Assembly: GCF_036321535.1 (NCBI RefSeq)
Contig: NC_087436.1
Location: 71,736,001 to 71,800,000, forward strand
Source: Camelus dromedarius
Taxonomy: Eukaryota
DNA: 64,000 bases
Direction: 5' to 3'
The stretch's first letter is position 1; each line of letters opens with the position of its first letter. A program made the position numbers and the translations under genes. This document shows, in pieces, positions 1 to 13,800 of the stretch. The notes beneath the pieces were generated by a model, which searched no databases, was not told the origin of the DNA, and saw nothing but the letters and a program-made list of their open reading frames with translations.

Positions 1-1969
1 ACAAAAAGGGTTCACTGGTAATTCTCAATGTTTTACTTTTCTTTTAGTTTTTTTCCTTAATTGAAACTTGACCTAAAATCTCTTCAAATCATAGCCCTAA
101 AGGGAGAGAACCCTAGATTAGGATAAAGTACCAATTTTTAATGCAGAGTGAATTACCTTCCACTCAATATATACCTGTCAATCTTCCTTATAAACCAAAT
201 AAATAAAACAAATATCCATATTCCCCTAGTATATAGAAATTTGTGTTGTACTGAAATACAGCTTTAAATAACTGAGGCTATAGTTCTTATAATAAGCCAT
301 AGTTAAGACTAAAATGTCATAATCAGTTACTCCTTAGAGTTATATTTAAGAATTCTATTTAATGGCTTATGTTTAGATAAACCAGGCTAAGTGCCAATGT
401 AATACTGTATTCATTTTATTTCAATTAACCATGATTCCTAAGAAATTTTTTATTTTAAAATTTGAAAGAAATTTTTATTGTTTAAAAAAATTTTTTAATT
501 TAAGTATAGTTGATTTACAATATTTTTTAAAATTTTTTATCTCAATGAAAAAAAGAGAGGGAATAAATCTACAACATATAAAATTAGAAAATTATTAAAT
601 TTCCACTTAAAGTTCCTTGAGAAAGGGCCTTTTTTCTTATTCAAACTCTGCATCTCCACCAGAGCACTTCAATAAAAATTAATTCAACAGATACATAAAT
701 CAGTCACTACTCTTTTATCCACTTTCTATCTTTCAGAAATATACTATTTTCTCTTGGGCCCTTTCATCTTCTTATATTTGTGTGATTATCATACTCTTAT
801 TGCTTTGCTCAAAGTTTAATGAAACATCTAGAAGGAAAGGAGATAAACATGAATGCTTGGTTTGCCATCTTGAATTGTAAGTCCGTACAGTGTTATGTCA
901 CTAAGAAATTTTCCTAAGCTTTTTCAAATATAGGTAAAGTATTCTGAATGAGAACTGCTATAAACTTTTTTTCTTCTTATATTGGTACATTATTTTCATA
1001 CTTCTTATATTATTTCTGGTATGTTTTTATCATAGTCATTTTGAATTCTCTCTTAAGCCATTTCTTTTCATTTAGGGACATCTGTACAAGGATAATTAAC
1101 ATTCTATTACTGTCCTCGTTATTTGACAAACACAAGAAGAACTATACAGCATGTTAATTCACTATAGACCACACCTTACTTCATGCTTTCACTGGCAATG
1201 CACTTTGATTTGTATCTCTCAAATACTTTTTTTTCATTCTTTCATTCAGTTTACCAGGCTCCATTAAGTGGGATCTAACATTGTTAATTAGAAGAAATTT
1301 GGTAGTTAAAAAAATGGATTCTTATTCTTATGAAAATTTCCTCAAGGAGAAAGAAATTTGATGTCTTTATCCCCACTAAATAAATAAATAACCACAAATA
1401 CAAAAACCCAATAGTCTTATTATAGAATTCTTTTAGTATGAGTTGAATCCCTTACTGATAACTTAATTTGAAATTCCCTACTGATCTTCCTTAGTTTAAA
1501 AATCTAATCACTGCTTCAAAGCCTGACTACAGTTAAAAATACAGATCTGATAATGCAAAATCGGTTATACTATTTATATGATGTATGAAATTTAAAGGTA
1601 GACAAAAGGTACATGATATTTATACTACTTTTAAGGCTAGAATCTTTCTTCTTGGTAGTTATACTCTCAAAACTAAAACTAACTGTAAATCAATAGGTGG
1701 CACAACAAAATTTTTTATTTTCAGAAAAGGATCCCTCTTAGAAATAAACTTCAATATAATGTTCTAGGTTTTATAGAACTGAGGCTGATTCCAGTAATTT
1801 AAAAACCTAAAAATTCTATTTAAATTTCTCCTGATTTCAGATTGTCATTAATACAAATTACATTTTTATAGTATTTAAATTATGATAAGATTTAAACTTA
1901 AAAACTCCAAGCTTTGAAAAACTTAAAACCTTCAACTCTTCCTCTGGAATTACAGTGTCTATTACTCAC

Positions 1970-2167
1970 CATTTGATGCTGATGAACATGGAGTCAACAA
2001 ACTAAGTGGGGAAAAATGTTGTCTGTTAAAGTTAGCAGCTGTGGGTGCTCCTCCAAGGGGTGCCCCAGGTCCATACATTTGACCTCCTGAAAGGTTTGAG
2101 GCAAAATTTCCCAAATGTGTAGAAGAAGGTGTTACAGAACCATATGGCGAGTCCATATTGACAATAC
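1970..2167 (-). CDS. ANKRD17: ANKRD17 exon ~30 (198 nt)
   Basis: ttatag|GTATTG...AATG|gtgagt; GIVNMDSPYGSVTPSSTHLGNF...CSSASN. Confidence 0.93.
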
Positions 2168-4853
2168 CTATAATATAGAAGATAGTAATAATGTATAATA
2201 GTCACCCCTAAGAGAATTAGAAAAACCTAAATTTCTAAGAGGTCCCTAACAAATACAAAAATATTTTAGATTATTAAAAAAATTTTCCTTGCTTACTTCT
2301 TCCAGTCCACTGACTCATTATTTCCCCCTTTATTTTACAAAGATAGCTATAAAAAAGAAATTATCAAGGAAAATATTTTATATTTAATTTTAATTTTGAC
2401 ATTTTATTAGTTATTATAGAATACATGTAGATTTAATATTAACACAAGAATTTAAATAGGTTTGATGGCCAAAGAGTTACATAAAATTTTCTTTAAGAAA
2501 CTTACAGGGGAGGGAGGAATGAGTAGGCAAAGCACAGAGGATTTTTAAGACACTGAAAATACTCTGGATGATAACATAATGGTGAATACATGTCACTAGA
2601 CTTTTGTTCAAACCTACAGAATGTACAGCAAGAGGGAACCCTCATGTAAACTACGGACTCTGATAAGCATGTGTGAATGTAGGTTCATCAACTGTAACAA
2701 AAGTACCCCTCTGGAGGAGGATGTTGATAATAAAGGAGGTAAAAGAGGCTATGCCTGTGTGGAGGCAGAGTATATGGGAAATCCCTGTATTTTTCTGTCA
2801 ATTTTGTTGTGAACCTAAGACAGCTACCTTAAAACAAAGCAAAACAAAACAAAAAAACTACTCTCCTTTGTTACAATGGAGAAATCTGATAAGTAGCACC
2901 TTAACTAATTGGCCATGCTTTTTATAGCTAATGGAGGGACAATCTGTCATTGAGTGCCTCCTGATATAATGCAGTGTGAGATTCAAACATTGCCCATCTG
3001 ATGTTCCTGCTAGAAATGCTTAGCCTGAATATAATCATGGATTGAGAAAACAGGTGAAGCTGAAATGTAGGACATTCTTCAGTATAACTGGACTCTTCAA
3101 AAGATTCAGTGTCAAGAAAAACAAAAGAAGGTGGTGAGATATTTTAGACTGAGGGATACCAAAGAGACATAACAGTCAAAAGCAATTTGTAAACCTTAAC
3201 TGGTTGGAGCAAAAGGAAAGGAAAAAGAAACACAGAGGCATAAAGGATATATTTGGGATGATGGCACTGCATTTTAGGTGCTATTATTGAATTAATGTTA
3301 ATTTTCTAGGGTGTCGAAATAGTGGTATTACTGTGAAGGCAAATATACCTGTTTTGACCTAAATCTAATATATCCCTCTGATGGACTCTCAAGTTAACCC
3401 TCATTGCTAATTTTGGGTCTAATCAACTGTACACCCCACAAAATCACACTTCCCTATGGAGCTCCTCTTTTTCTTTACTTTTCCACAAAACAAGAATTTA
3501 TTTCCTTTTTCTGTAGACTTTAACTTTAGTCTTTCTTAATACATTACTTAGATTTCACATTTTTTGAAAAGTGAAGTATTTTCACTAAATTCCAATTATT
3601 ATAAAGATGAAATATAAAAGCATTTCCAATGTATTACTTAGCATATGAAGCTTTTATAATCAAACTTTATTGACTTTATTGTTTAAGTACTCAAGATGAA
3701 TTGGTTTTAAAAGTACACATAAATATTTTAACCAATCCCCGGCAAAGAAACATTTACTGACCATGTTCTTTATATTTATGTGTTATAGAAATAGGTTAAA
3801 AATAACAATCAGTTTCCATTAAATTTAGAAATTTTTAGTCCCAGAATTCCATCCCTTCAATGACACCTATCAAGTTGGCAACCTTTCTGTAAAGGGCTAA
3901 ATAATAAATATTTTTAGGCTGTTATTAGAGCATGGAAGCAGCCATAACACACTATGTAAATAAATGGGCATAGCTGTGTTTCAATAAAACTTTATTTATG
4001 AACACTGAAATCTGTCCTATTTTTGTGTCACATATTATTCTTTTTAAAATTAAAAAAATTTTTTTTAATCTTACACAATTGTTATAACTCAATTAAAAAA
4101 TTACAAATGTAAAAATATGTAGTATGCCATATCTGGCCCATGGACCATCATTTGTCTATCTCTGGAATGAAATTATCATTAATTACTTGAAATATTCATA
4201 TTTGCATAGTAAAATGCAAAGCTCAAAATGCAACTTGGTATCCTGGACACTTTAAAAGAAAGATTACTGGAAAAACTAGTGATAACTGTATAAAGTCTGT
4301 AGTCTGGTTAATTATATTGCACCAATATGAATTTCTTAGTTTTAGTAAATATGCTGTGGTTATATAAGATGTTTACATTCAGGGAAGTTGGAATAATTAT
4401 AGATGAACTCTTCTATAAATGTAAAAATATTTCAAAGTAAAAAGCTAAAAAAGAAAAAGCAGTCATACACAACCAGATCTTTAGATACTCTTTAAATATC
4501 AGCATTGTCCAACATGAACGTTTTACAGTAATAGATGTGTTCGATATCTGTGCTGTCCAATACGGCAGCTACTAGCCATATGTGCTTATTAAGTAAGCAC
4601 TTGAAATATGACTAGCCTACAGCCACTATGGAAAATAGTAAAGAGGATCCTTAAAAAGTTAAAAATAGAACTACCACATGATCCAACAATTTCACTTCCA
4701 GGAATATAGCCAAATGAAACAAAAACACTAACTTGAAAAGATACCTACACTACCCTACACTCCCTTGCTCATAGAAGCCTTATTTACAATAGCTAAGACA
4801 TGGAAACAACCTAACTGCCCATCCATGGATGAATGGATAAAGAAGTTGTGGTG

Positions 4854-4895
<42 letters not shown>

Positions 4896-7800
4896 ACGAG
4901 ATATTATTCCATCATGAAAACAAAACAAAACAAAACAAAACGAAGTCCTGCCATTTCTGACACAATGGATAGGCCATGAAGGCATTATGCTAAGTAAAAT
5001 AAGTCAGAGAGAGAAAGACAAATACTATATGATCTCATTTATATGTGGAATCTAAATCAAACTCATAGAAAAAGATCAGATTTGTGGTTATCAGAGGTGG
5101 GGATGGGTATTGGGAGGGGGAACTGGAGGAAGGTGATCAAAAGGTACAAAGTTATTAAGATAAATAAGTATTAGAGATGTAATGTATAACCATAATAACT
5201 ATAGTTAACACTGCTGTATGATATAAAGGAAAGTTGTTAAGAGAGGCTAAACTAAATCCTAAGTGTTCTCATCAAAAGGAAAAACATTTTCTTTATCTTT
5301 TTTTAAAAAATTGTATCCATGTGAGATGATGAATGGTAATTAAATTTATTCATATATCTCACAATATACATAAATCAAACCACTATGTTGTACACCTTAA
5401 ATTCATACAGTGATGTATGTCAATTATATAAACAAGATTGGAAAAAAAAATTTAAATAGCCAGCTTGACTGAGATTTTTAATTTTATTTAATTTAAATTT
5501 AAATAGCACATATGGTTAGTGGCTATCCTATTAAAACTATGTAGCTCTATATTTTTCTCATTATTTTTTAAAACAAAAAGACAATCAGCAGTGAAACCAA
5601 ATTTTAAAAATCTTTGGTATTTTAAAATTTGAAATAAAAGCAAATGTTTGATGGCATTATCTTATTAAATGAAAACATATGAAACTTTTTTTTGAGAGAG
5701 ATAGCAGTTTACCTGATGAAGAAATTTATTTATGGTTAAATTTAAGATAAAATCCACTGTAGCTTCTAAAAAGATACAAAAGATATTATAATGCCATACT
5801 AAACATTCTCAAACATTCACAACAGCGTTTGAATTAGTACAACAATCTCTATCTGGACCTGTCACAGAGTAAAAGTATTAGAAAATGACCACGTTTTCAC
5901 ATCATCTGTGTAAATGAGCAGCTGCAGAATGTCAGAAAATACAAACTTACCTGAGGGACTTGGAGCGGGTCTCTGTAATGGTGGTCTAAAACCTGGAGCT
6001 TTGGAAGTATCAGACTGATGTAAAGGATCTGAATTTGGCAAATATGAGGATTTTCCTGACAGCATAGATTCTGGTGTTGACTGAGATGAAACAACAGATC
6101 CTCCCCAGAAGGCATGAGCAGAAGTAGGGCTATTTTCAAACAATGTGCTAAAGGGCCCAAATGGTAAGGGGGCACTGAAATTGGGAGCGATAGGCTTATT
6201 TGCTGGATGTACTGAATTTTGACAAGCACTTTGTGTACTTAAGGTTGAAGGTAGCTGGACAGAAGAGGGAACACTGTGAGGTCTTTTAATGTGATTGACA
6301 CTGAGGACTGCGACAGATGAATTCTGCACTGGAGCTGGATTCTTGTGAGGAGCTGTTGTGCCATGAGAGGGTGGTCTAATAGCAGGGGGTTCCATTTTAG
6401 GAGCAGGCTGGGAGCATCCCATTTGTGTCTGAGGCATAGGGTAAGTCACTGGGGCAGTAGAAGGCACCGCCACTGGAGCAGAACTTGTTGCTAAAGGAGG
6501 AACAGTCATTCTAACTTCCGGGGGAGGAACCTGAGACGGCTGAAGAGGTGGTCTTGGCTCCTGAGAAACAGGTCCCGGAGGCTGCTGTTGAGTAGAATGA
6601 ACTGATGAACTCCCAGAAGAACTGCTGCTGTTTGGGGGTCTACTGTTTGTTGTTTCTACCACTGGTGGACTACCTGCTTCCTGTTCAGAGGAAGATGCCC
6701 CTTTATTTGGAGATGCTGTTCCACAATCCAAAGGGCTGTTTCTAGAAACCCCTCCTGGCTGGGCTGGTGGTGACGGGGAAGATGGGGATGATACTGGGTA
6801 GTGTTCTTTGGCAGTAGGCATAGGATATGTGGCATTTGTGGATGCAGTGCTGTTGTTGCTTGCTGTAGTTGTGACTGTTGTTGTGGTAGCATTGGATGTC
6901 TTCACAACTGTGACAAAAAGCTGCCTTCTGACGGAAGGTGAACTTGGACTGCCATTTGTAGATGTACCAGGCACCGTTGAAGCTGATGAACTGGTTGTAG
7001 TTGTTGGACTTGAAGTTAAAGAACCTGCTGAATTCACCTGAGAACCACTGCTATTCTGATTGCTATGGCGAGGCACCATGTGAGGCTTAGGCGAGTTAGT
7101 AGCTCTGGCAGGGCTCAAAGGCCTGACAGGAAAAGGACCCCAAGTGGATTGAGCTGGTGGAAAAGTACCTCCAAAGTGGGTCATGGGCAACCTTGGTGGA
7201 CGGATCTGCTGGAAAGTCTGAGCAGCAAGCAAAGCATGTGCAAACTGTGGAGGAGGATATGCTAATGGAAGAGAAACTGGAAAACCAGGCCTCACATTAT
7301 TCACAGGGTTCTTAATGGTTTTGTGAGTAGATGAAGAAGAAATCGCAGGCACAGTGAGTGCTGTGGGAGTTTGAGATGTTGATGACAGAGCTACAGTTGT
7401 CATTTTAATTCCCATTAAGGAACTGTTAGCAGCAGTGGTGGCAGGTGCTGATGACCCTATTTTGGAATTTGCTGAGGAGCTTTTCAAACGATTCTTTGGA
7501 ATAAGTTCATCAATTTCTTTGTCTGGATCCTTGATCAGAGCATTGATCAACTGAGTTGCTTGCCTTGTTGATTCAGTGCCACCCCTATAAGTTGACAAGA
7601 CAAAATTAGGTCCAATTTTCACTTTCTAATATGTAAAGCCTAAATTCATTCACGTGTGCATGTATGTATACATGCATACAGAGAATAGATGAAAGTTAAG
7701 CAGCAATTTTCTGACTATTCTTAGGTATTCTGCAAACAAAGCAATAAACTGTCCTGACATACTACAATATTTTTCAAAGGAAAAGTAAATGATTTCTTTT

Positions 7801-10800
7801 CCAAAAATTAATTTTACTATTGTTTCCTTAGACTAAGCAATCATTTTCCTACTGTGAAATGCATTATAAATAGAAAAACACTTAAAAATCCTATATAATC
7901 TATATTGTTACCATAAAGTTAAACAGTCGATCAATATTAAAAGCAGTACTGTAAGTAAGCAATAAAAACAATACAATTGAGTAAGAAAATAGCATTTTAT
8001 TTTAAATCCAGGAATCTAAGGTGACCCTATTTATAAATTTATTAGTGGTTTCTCTATTAGTAGAGTGATTATTATAGTATCTCTTGACAGATGTCTCCAA
8101 ATGAGAGAGGAATTCTGATAATGCTAACAATGGCCATAAGGTCAAACCCTAGTCTTTGATATTTAGTAAAATATATGACTAAAAGGAAAGTCTTATGGAA
8201 ATTCTAAGGGGGAAATTACACATAAAGAGTAGTATGTTTCCCCTCTTCTCTGGATAAGGTAGGTTGTGATTACATCTGTCCCAGGAGAGGGATAAGCAAG
8301 ATAGGAGAGGATGATAAGTACAAAACAAAGCTGGTTAATTGACTCCTTCCTCTTGAAGTAGGCTATGTAACTATCAGCCTCCCTGTTACTATGAAGGATA
8401 GCTACTGCTCACAACCAAATTTATAATTTCTTAGAATATCATCTTTATTTTAAGGGTATTCAGGCATAGATATATTTCAATATTCAAGACAAATATCCAC
8501 TTCAGATTTAAATCTATTACTGAGCTCATATTCTAAGGATATAATCTCAGAATAACAAATCTCAAATGCTAATTTAAGAGAAAGATGGAAAACTATAAAT
8601 TAATATGTGTTAGAAACCCATTCCTTCTTTAAAAGTCTCAATAACTTTTTAAGAATGCCATATGAACAATTTCATGTAAGGAAAAGATTATTCAAACCTC
8701 TGCCACACACACGAAAGAAAAATTCCTTTAAAGTCCTTTGAAATACTTCGTAAGAGCATATGAATTAGAGACAAAAACTGTAAAGTTTATCTTCTCAAAC
8801 ACTAATCAAATTTGCATTTTAAAAAAGTATCCTATTAAATACAAAGTTCCATTGAAAACTCAAATGCTTATATATAATTAAGCTCTCATGCAAAAAAGTA
8901 CAAAGGAGGAAAAATGTAAGAGACAAAATTTTGCCTTATTGTTATTATCCGGTCTCCTGTCTTGTCTTTCTGCTTATCAATATCTATATGTGCACCAGTG
9001 AACTCCCGAATAGCATTAATATTACAGCCTCCTCTTCCAATCACTCTGGATATCACAGTTGATGGAACAGATACTTTCTTTGACCTGTTTAATAGTTGCA
9101 AAGATAAATTAAGATAAATCATTAGTTATCATAGGTTGTAATGAAAATACATGGGAGAGAATTATTACTAAAATATGTTTCTGTAAATACAGAATAGATA
9201 TTCTCACTCTAAGTGATAAAATGTAACTTATGAGCCAACAGAAAAAAGGGAAGGGGGTGAGAGAGAGAACTTCACTGCAGCTTCTCATCTCATTACCAAA
9301 ACTGTTTGCTTTTTTGACTCTCATTGACTTCATTAATATCTGTAAAGCACACACAGGTAGAAATACACTGTGTTAATGAAAATACTAACGGCAAGTAAGA
9401 TGGACAAGGGTTCCTGCCCACTTATACTGACTATGTAGACACCAAGTAAGAAAACTACAACAGGATGCTGTAAGTGCTCTAATAAGGTATCATAAAGACT
9501 CATTGGTTGGGGCATCTAATCTAGCCCTAGCAGTCAAGAAAGGCTTCTTGTGGGCACCTTTGGGTATTTGACTCTCATTCTTGTTTTTATTCTCTAATAT
9601 ATAACTGAAATGATAATATTAAAAATTCATAGGGGGAGGGTATAGATCAAGTGGTAGAGCACATGCTCAGCATGCATGAGGTCCTGGGTTCAATCCCCAG
9701 TACCTCCTCCAAATATAAATAAATAAATAAATCCAATTACCTCTCCCTCATAAAACAAAACAAAACAAACAAACAAAAAAGTAAAAATTCACTCTTCCCC
9801 TGTATTCTTCTAAAGGCATTAAAATGATTATCCACAAATAGAGAAACTTGCTAAAGACCGTTAAGCTGTGTGAGGAAAGAAAAGAGCCTGTTGGAAATTT
9901 AAAAAAGCAATACCCACCTAACACTTGCAAAATTACATTACAATTTTACATTACCTCAGGAAAGGTAGGCATAAATTTCTGGCAAGTCAAATTACAGAAT
10001 ATTTCTAAAAGAAATACAGTATAACTCTCCATAAAAAGAATGAGTCACTTATGCTTTAATAAACAAGGAAATTATTTATTTAGACTAGATTTAACATTAA
10101 ATTAAAATGTTATATTTTCAAAAGGTACGGTATGATCCCTGCCCTTTTATATACATAAGTAAGTTACTTGATAATTCTTTTTCCCCTAAAGTGCATAATA
10201 TCAGTCAGTGCATTACTTTAAGTTAGTTAAGAATTTGTTTGCATGCCACAATATAAAATGCATGCAGAAAAATGGAATTATCTTACTTTTGTACAGACAG
10301 AACCCTGATGTGATTTCAATCAGTTCAATAGTGTGTGTATGAGACAGAGACACAGATAGAAATAAAGGCAGAGATGGTGATTTGAGGGGAGGTGTTGGCC
10401 CAAAATATGAAAAAAAAGTACAGTACATTTTGAGATTAACAATAATAAGCTTGGTTGACTATAGCTCTTGTTTTCAAACAATCAAAAGTTTAATTTTTTG
10501 ATGGAATTTCTGGTGAGTTCTTCAGAACAGGTTATTAAAGATTTATAATATAATGGGTCACATTCTTTCCAGGTTTGTGGTATCTTATCTTTTAGTTTTT
10601 GGGATACTGTTTCACTTTTTGACACATTATTATTTAAAAAAAATCCCAAGCAAAATACTGTAAAATATTTCAGTCTTAAAACCCTTAAAATAAAGGTATC
10701 CTATGATTTAAGGACAAGAATAGTTTAAAACCAGTACTTATTCATTCTCCAAATATTCACAAGTACGTAGTACACACTATATACTTGGCCCTGAGATTAC

Positions 10801-13800
10801 AAAGCTGAACAAGACATAATCTATCACCTTAAATAACTTAAATTAGTTCTCTGCCAAATACCAATATCTATGAGGGTCAAGCAGACACCACAATCATCTA
10901 AGTTTGTATGTAAAATGTTCCAATTTTAAAAGTATTAACATATACTTTTTTTCCCCATTTAAAATATAGTATAGGTTGTCTCTGTTGGCCAGATTCAGCC
11001 TTTGGTCACCAGTTTCTTTGCAACCTTTGGAATAAGTTAGGGGAATTTAAATGAAAGGCAAACTATACTTCACTATGAAATAGAGCACATAAAAAGAATG
11101 AGAAAAATGATCAAAGAAACAATCAGTCACCTTCTTACAACTTCTTTCCATCCTTCTTCCCTCTTTTGTCCACGCTTAGGACTTGCTACTGTTAATTTGC
11201 CATTTGGAGAGGAAAGGGGAGATGGACCCGATTTTGTGCAAGTGGAGAGAGAATTACTGGTCACTTCACTGATAGTCTCTGACAATCTTAAACAGGGAGG
11301 AAAAACACATATTAAATATAGAACAGATACAGAATTTTTAAATGATAAAGGTAATCTATTACATGACTTTATTATTTATTTTCAGAATAAATATGATGAA
11401 TAAATGAGAAACTTACTTTTCACTTTTCAATATTTAGCATAATATGAAGGGCCAATTTTTAAGAAGATATTATTTAGAAGCCAAATTTAGCAGAACTGAA
11501 ACACAATAATAATCCCTGAGAAACCATAATCAATACTTTTCATGGGCTAAGTTTAACAACTGAAATGGAGAAATTACATAGTAATTCTTCAATTCAAATA
11601 AAATCATGCCTTCTTTGGAAGAAAGACAAATCCTTATTTTGTCTATTGTTAATCTGCCTGCTTTGCTAAAAAATGCTGCAACAAAGTGTTTCATGATGAT
11701 ACTATAAATAGTAAAAATGAAAATTGGAACTAACTTTATTGAAGCCTTGCCAGAAACAGATTTTCTCTCCTCCTTTGGAAATGTAACCAGAACTGATGGC
11801 TGCTTCTTGCTGGTCACAGTGGTAGTGACCACAGCAGGTGAATGATTGTCACTCTTCCGACTGCTGTTGCTGTTACTACTTTCATCACTGCAGCTGGAAA
11901 TTCTCATGTTATCACTGTCCCCACTCTCACTGGTACTGCTGCTCTTGGACTCTCCGTTCACCTTCTCTGGTTGACTGTATGAGATTGGTAGTGGATCATC
12001 AAATATAATTTGAACATTTTCTGGAGTAATTTTATTTTTCCTGTTTTTCCTCTTTGAACTGGTTGTAGTTATGGTATTATTTCTTTTACCATGGGAACCT
12101 GCCAAAGTTGTCCAGGTAGCAGATATACCTATGGTAGTAGTGGTTGTGGCACTTGGAGGCTCTGTCAAGACTTCAGGCTCATCTGTAGAAGTAGCAATAC
12201 TGAATTAGCAAGTTCCAGTGTGTTTAGGATAGATTTAGCTTTAAGCACTCGATGAAAATAAACCCAGAAGTTACTTTACTACTACTATTAGACACAAAGT
12301 CATCAGTCGATCCAGTATTCATTAGTAATGAGATAGATATGATTGATCTGTTCTCTTCTGTTCTAAGTTCTAAACAACACATAGTAGAAATTTATAAAAA
12401 ATTATTTTACGAAATATGAGTATGTTCTGCACAGTATATATTACTACAAAGTATTAAATTTCTTAGGTGTAATAATATAATTGTGGTTATGAAAAATGTT
12501 CTTTTTCTGAGAATGCTACTCAAGCATTTTGGGGTGATTTCATATGATGCGGACATTGTACATGAGACCATTAAAAAGAAGAGTAAGGAAAAAAGATAAA
12601 CTCATGTGCCAAAATGTTATAAGAATCTAGGTGATGTACACGTGTTCATTAAATTAATCCTTAAACTTTTATGTGTAGTTTGAAATTTTTCAAAATAAAA
12701 GGTTGGAGGAGGGAGAAACTAACACACATACACAGCATACGTATTTGGTGGTGTAGTGGCAATGGTTCTTCCTAACAATACCCTCATCTCAAATAATTTT
12801 TTAGTTAGAACCTAGTTAAAAATAACTCCCCATTCAAGAAAAATCTGAATATGGTCTTGATTGTAGATGAAATTATGGAATTACTGTTAGTTTTTTAAGG
12901 TATTATAAATGGTATTGTGATACGTAAGCGAACATCATTCTTAGGAGACATGCTGAAGTTTTATAGGTGCAATGTCAGATATCTACAATTTACTTTCAGA
13001 CAACTTAGGAAAAAATATGTATATATATTTAGAGAAAAAGATAAAGCAAATATAGTGAACTGTTTATTTTTAAATTAGGTGAAGCGTATTCGGGTGTTTA
13101 TCATTTTCTTTCCTTGTCTATAGGTTTGAAATTCTTTATAATAAAAAGGTGGGGGGAAGCCAATTAATGAAAATAGCATATTAATAAGGGCTTAATAACT
13201 TACAGATCTATTTTTACCTTAAGTTACTGATAGTTAAGAAAACATAATTTTGAATAGAATGTATTACATGAAACAAACAACCTAGATGGGTTAGAAAAAA
13301 TACCTTCAACTTTATGCTTTTCTTTTTCTTGAGCAGCTTGGAGTTCAAAGTTTTCTTTATTTTTGGCTTCGATTTCTTCTAGTTTTCTTCTTTGTTCTTC
13401 CTTTTTCTTTCTTCTCTTCTCCTTTCTCTTTTCTCTTTTGGCAGCCAAAGCCAGCCTCCTACTTTCTTCCCTTAACTGTTAAAGAATCAATAAAACAGAC
13501 ATATAACACTAGAATTTACCTTGGAAAAAAAGTTGTCATATAATGTCACTTTATCATAAGGGTACTGGGATACAAAAAAATTCAAAGTCATCTTAGTTTA
13601 ACTCATTTTTGATCAAGATCATAATCAAATCACTGTAAAGAGAAAATAATATTTTTAAATGTCAAGATCAAATTAATGATAAAAGACAATCTAATTTAAA
13701 AATGGATGAATGAGAGATATACATAACTTCATAATCACTAAGAAAATGTAAATTAAAATAAACTACCATGTTTTGTTCATCAATTTGGGAAAATTTAAAA

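Noticed and set aside
948..5000. Short intronic ORFs of 60-100 aa here and throughout the window
   Set aside because: They are AT-rich or repeat-derived chance ORFs, often with non-ATG starts and no recognisable domains.
5897..7265. Overlapping and antisense ORFs within the 1634-nt exon (and 45287..45567 in the 753-nt exon)
   Set aside because: They are short shadow ORFs expected in GC-richer coding sequence, with no independent promoter, splice or domain evidence.
9631..9705. tRNA-like sequence (also at 16989, 47778 and 61641)
   Set aside because: These have A/B boxes but degenerate stems, A-rich tails and (for three copies) TSDs, so they are SINE heads rather than tRNA genes.
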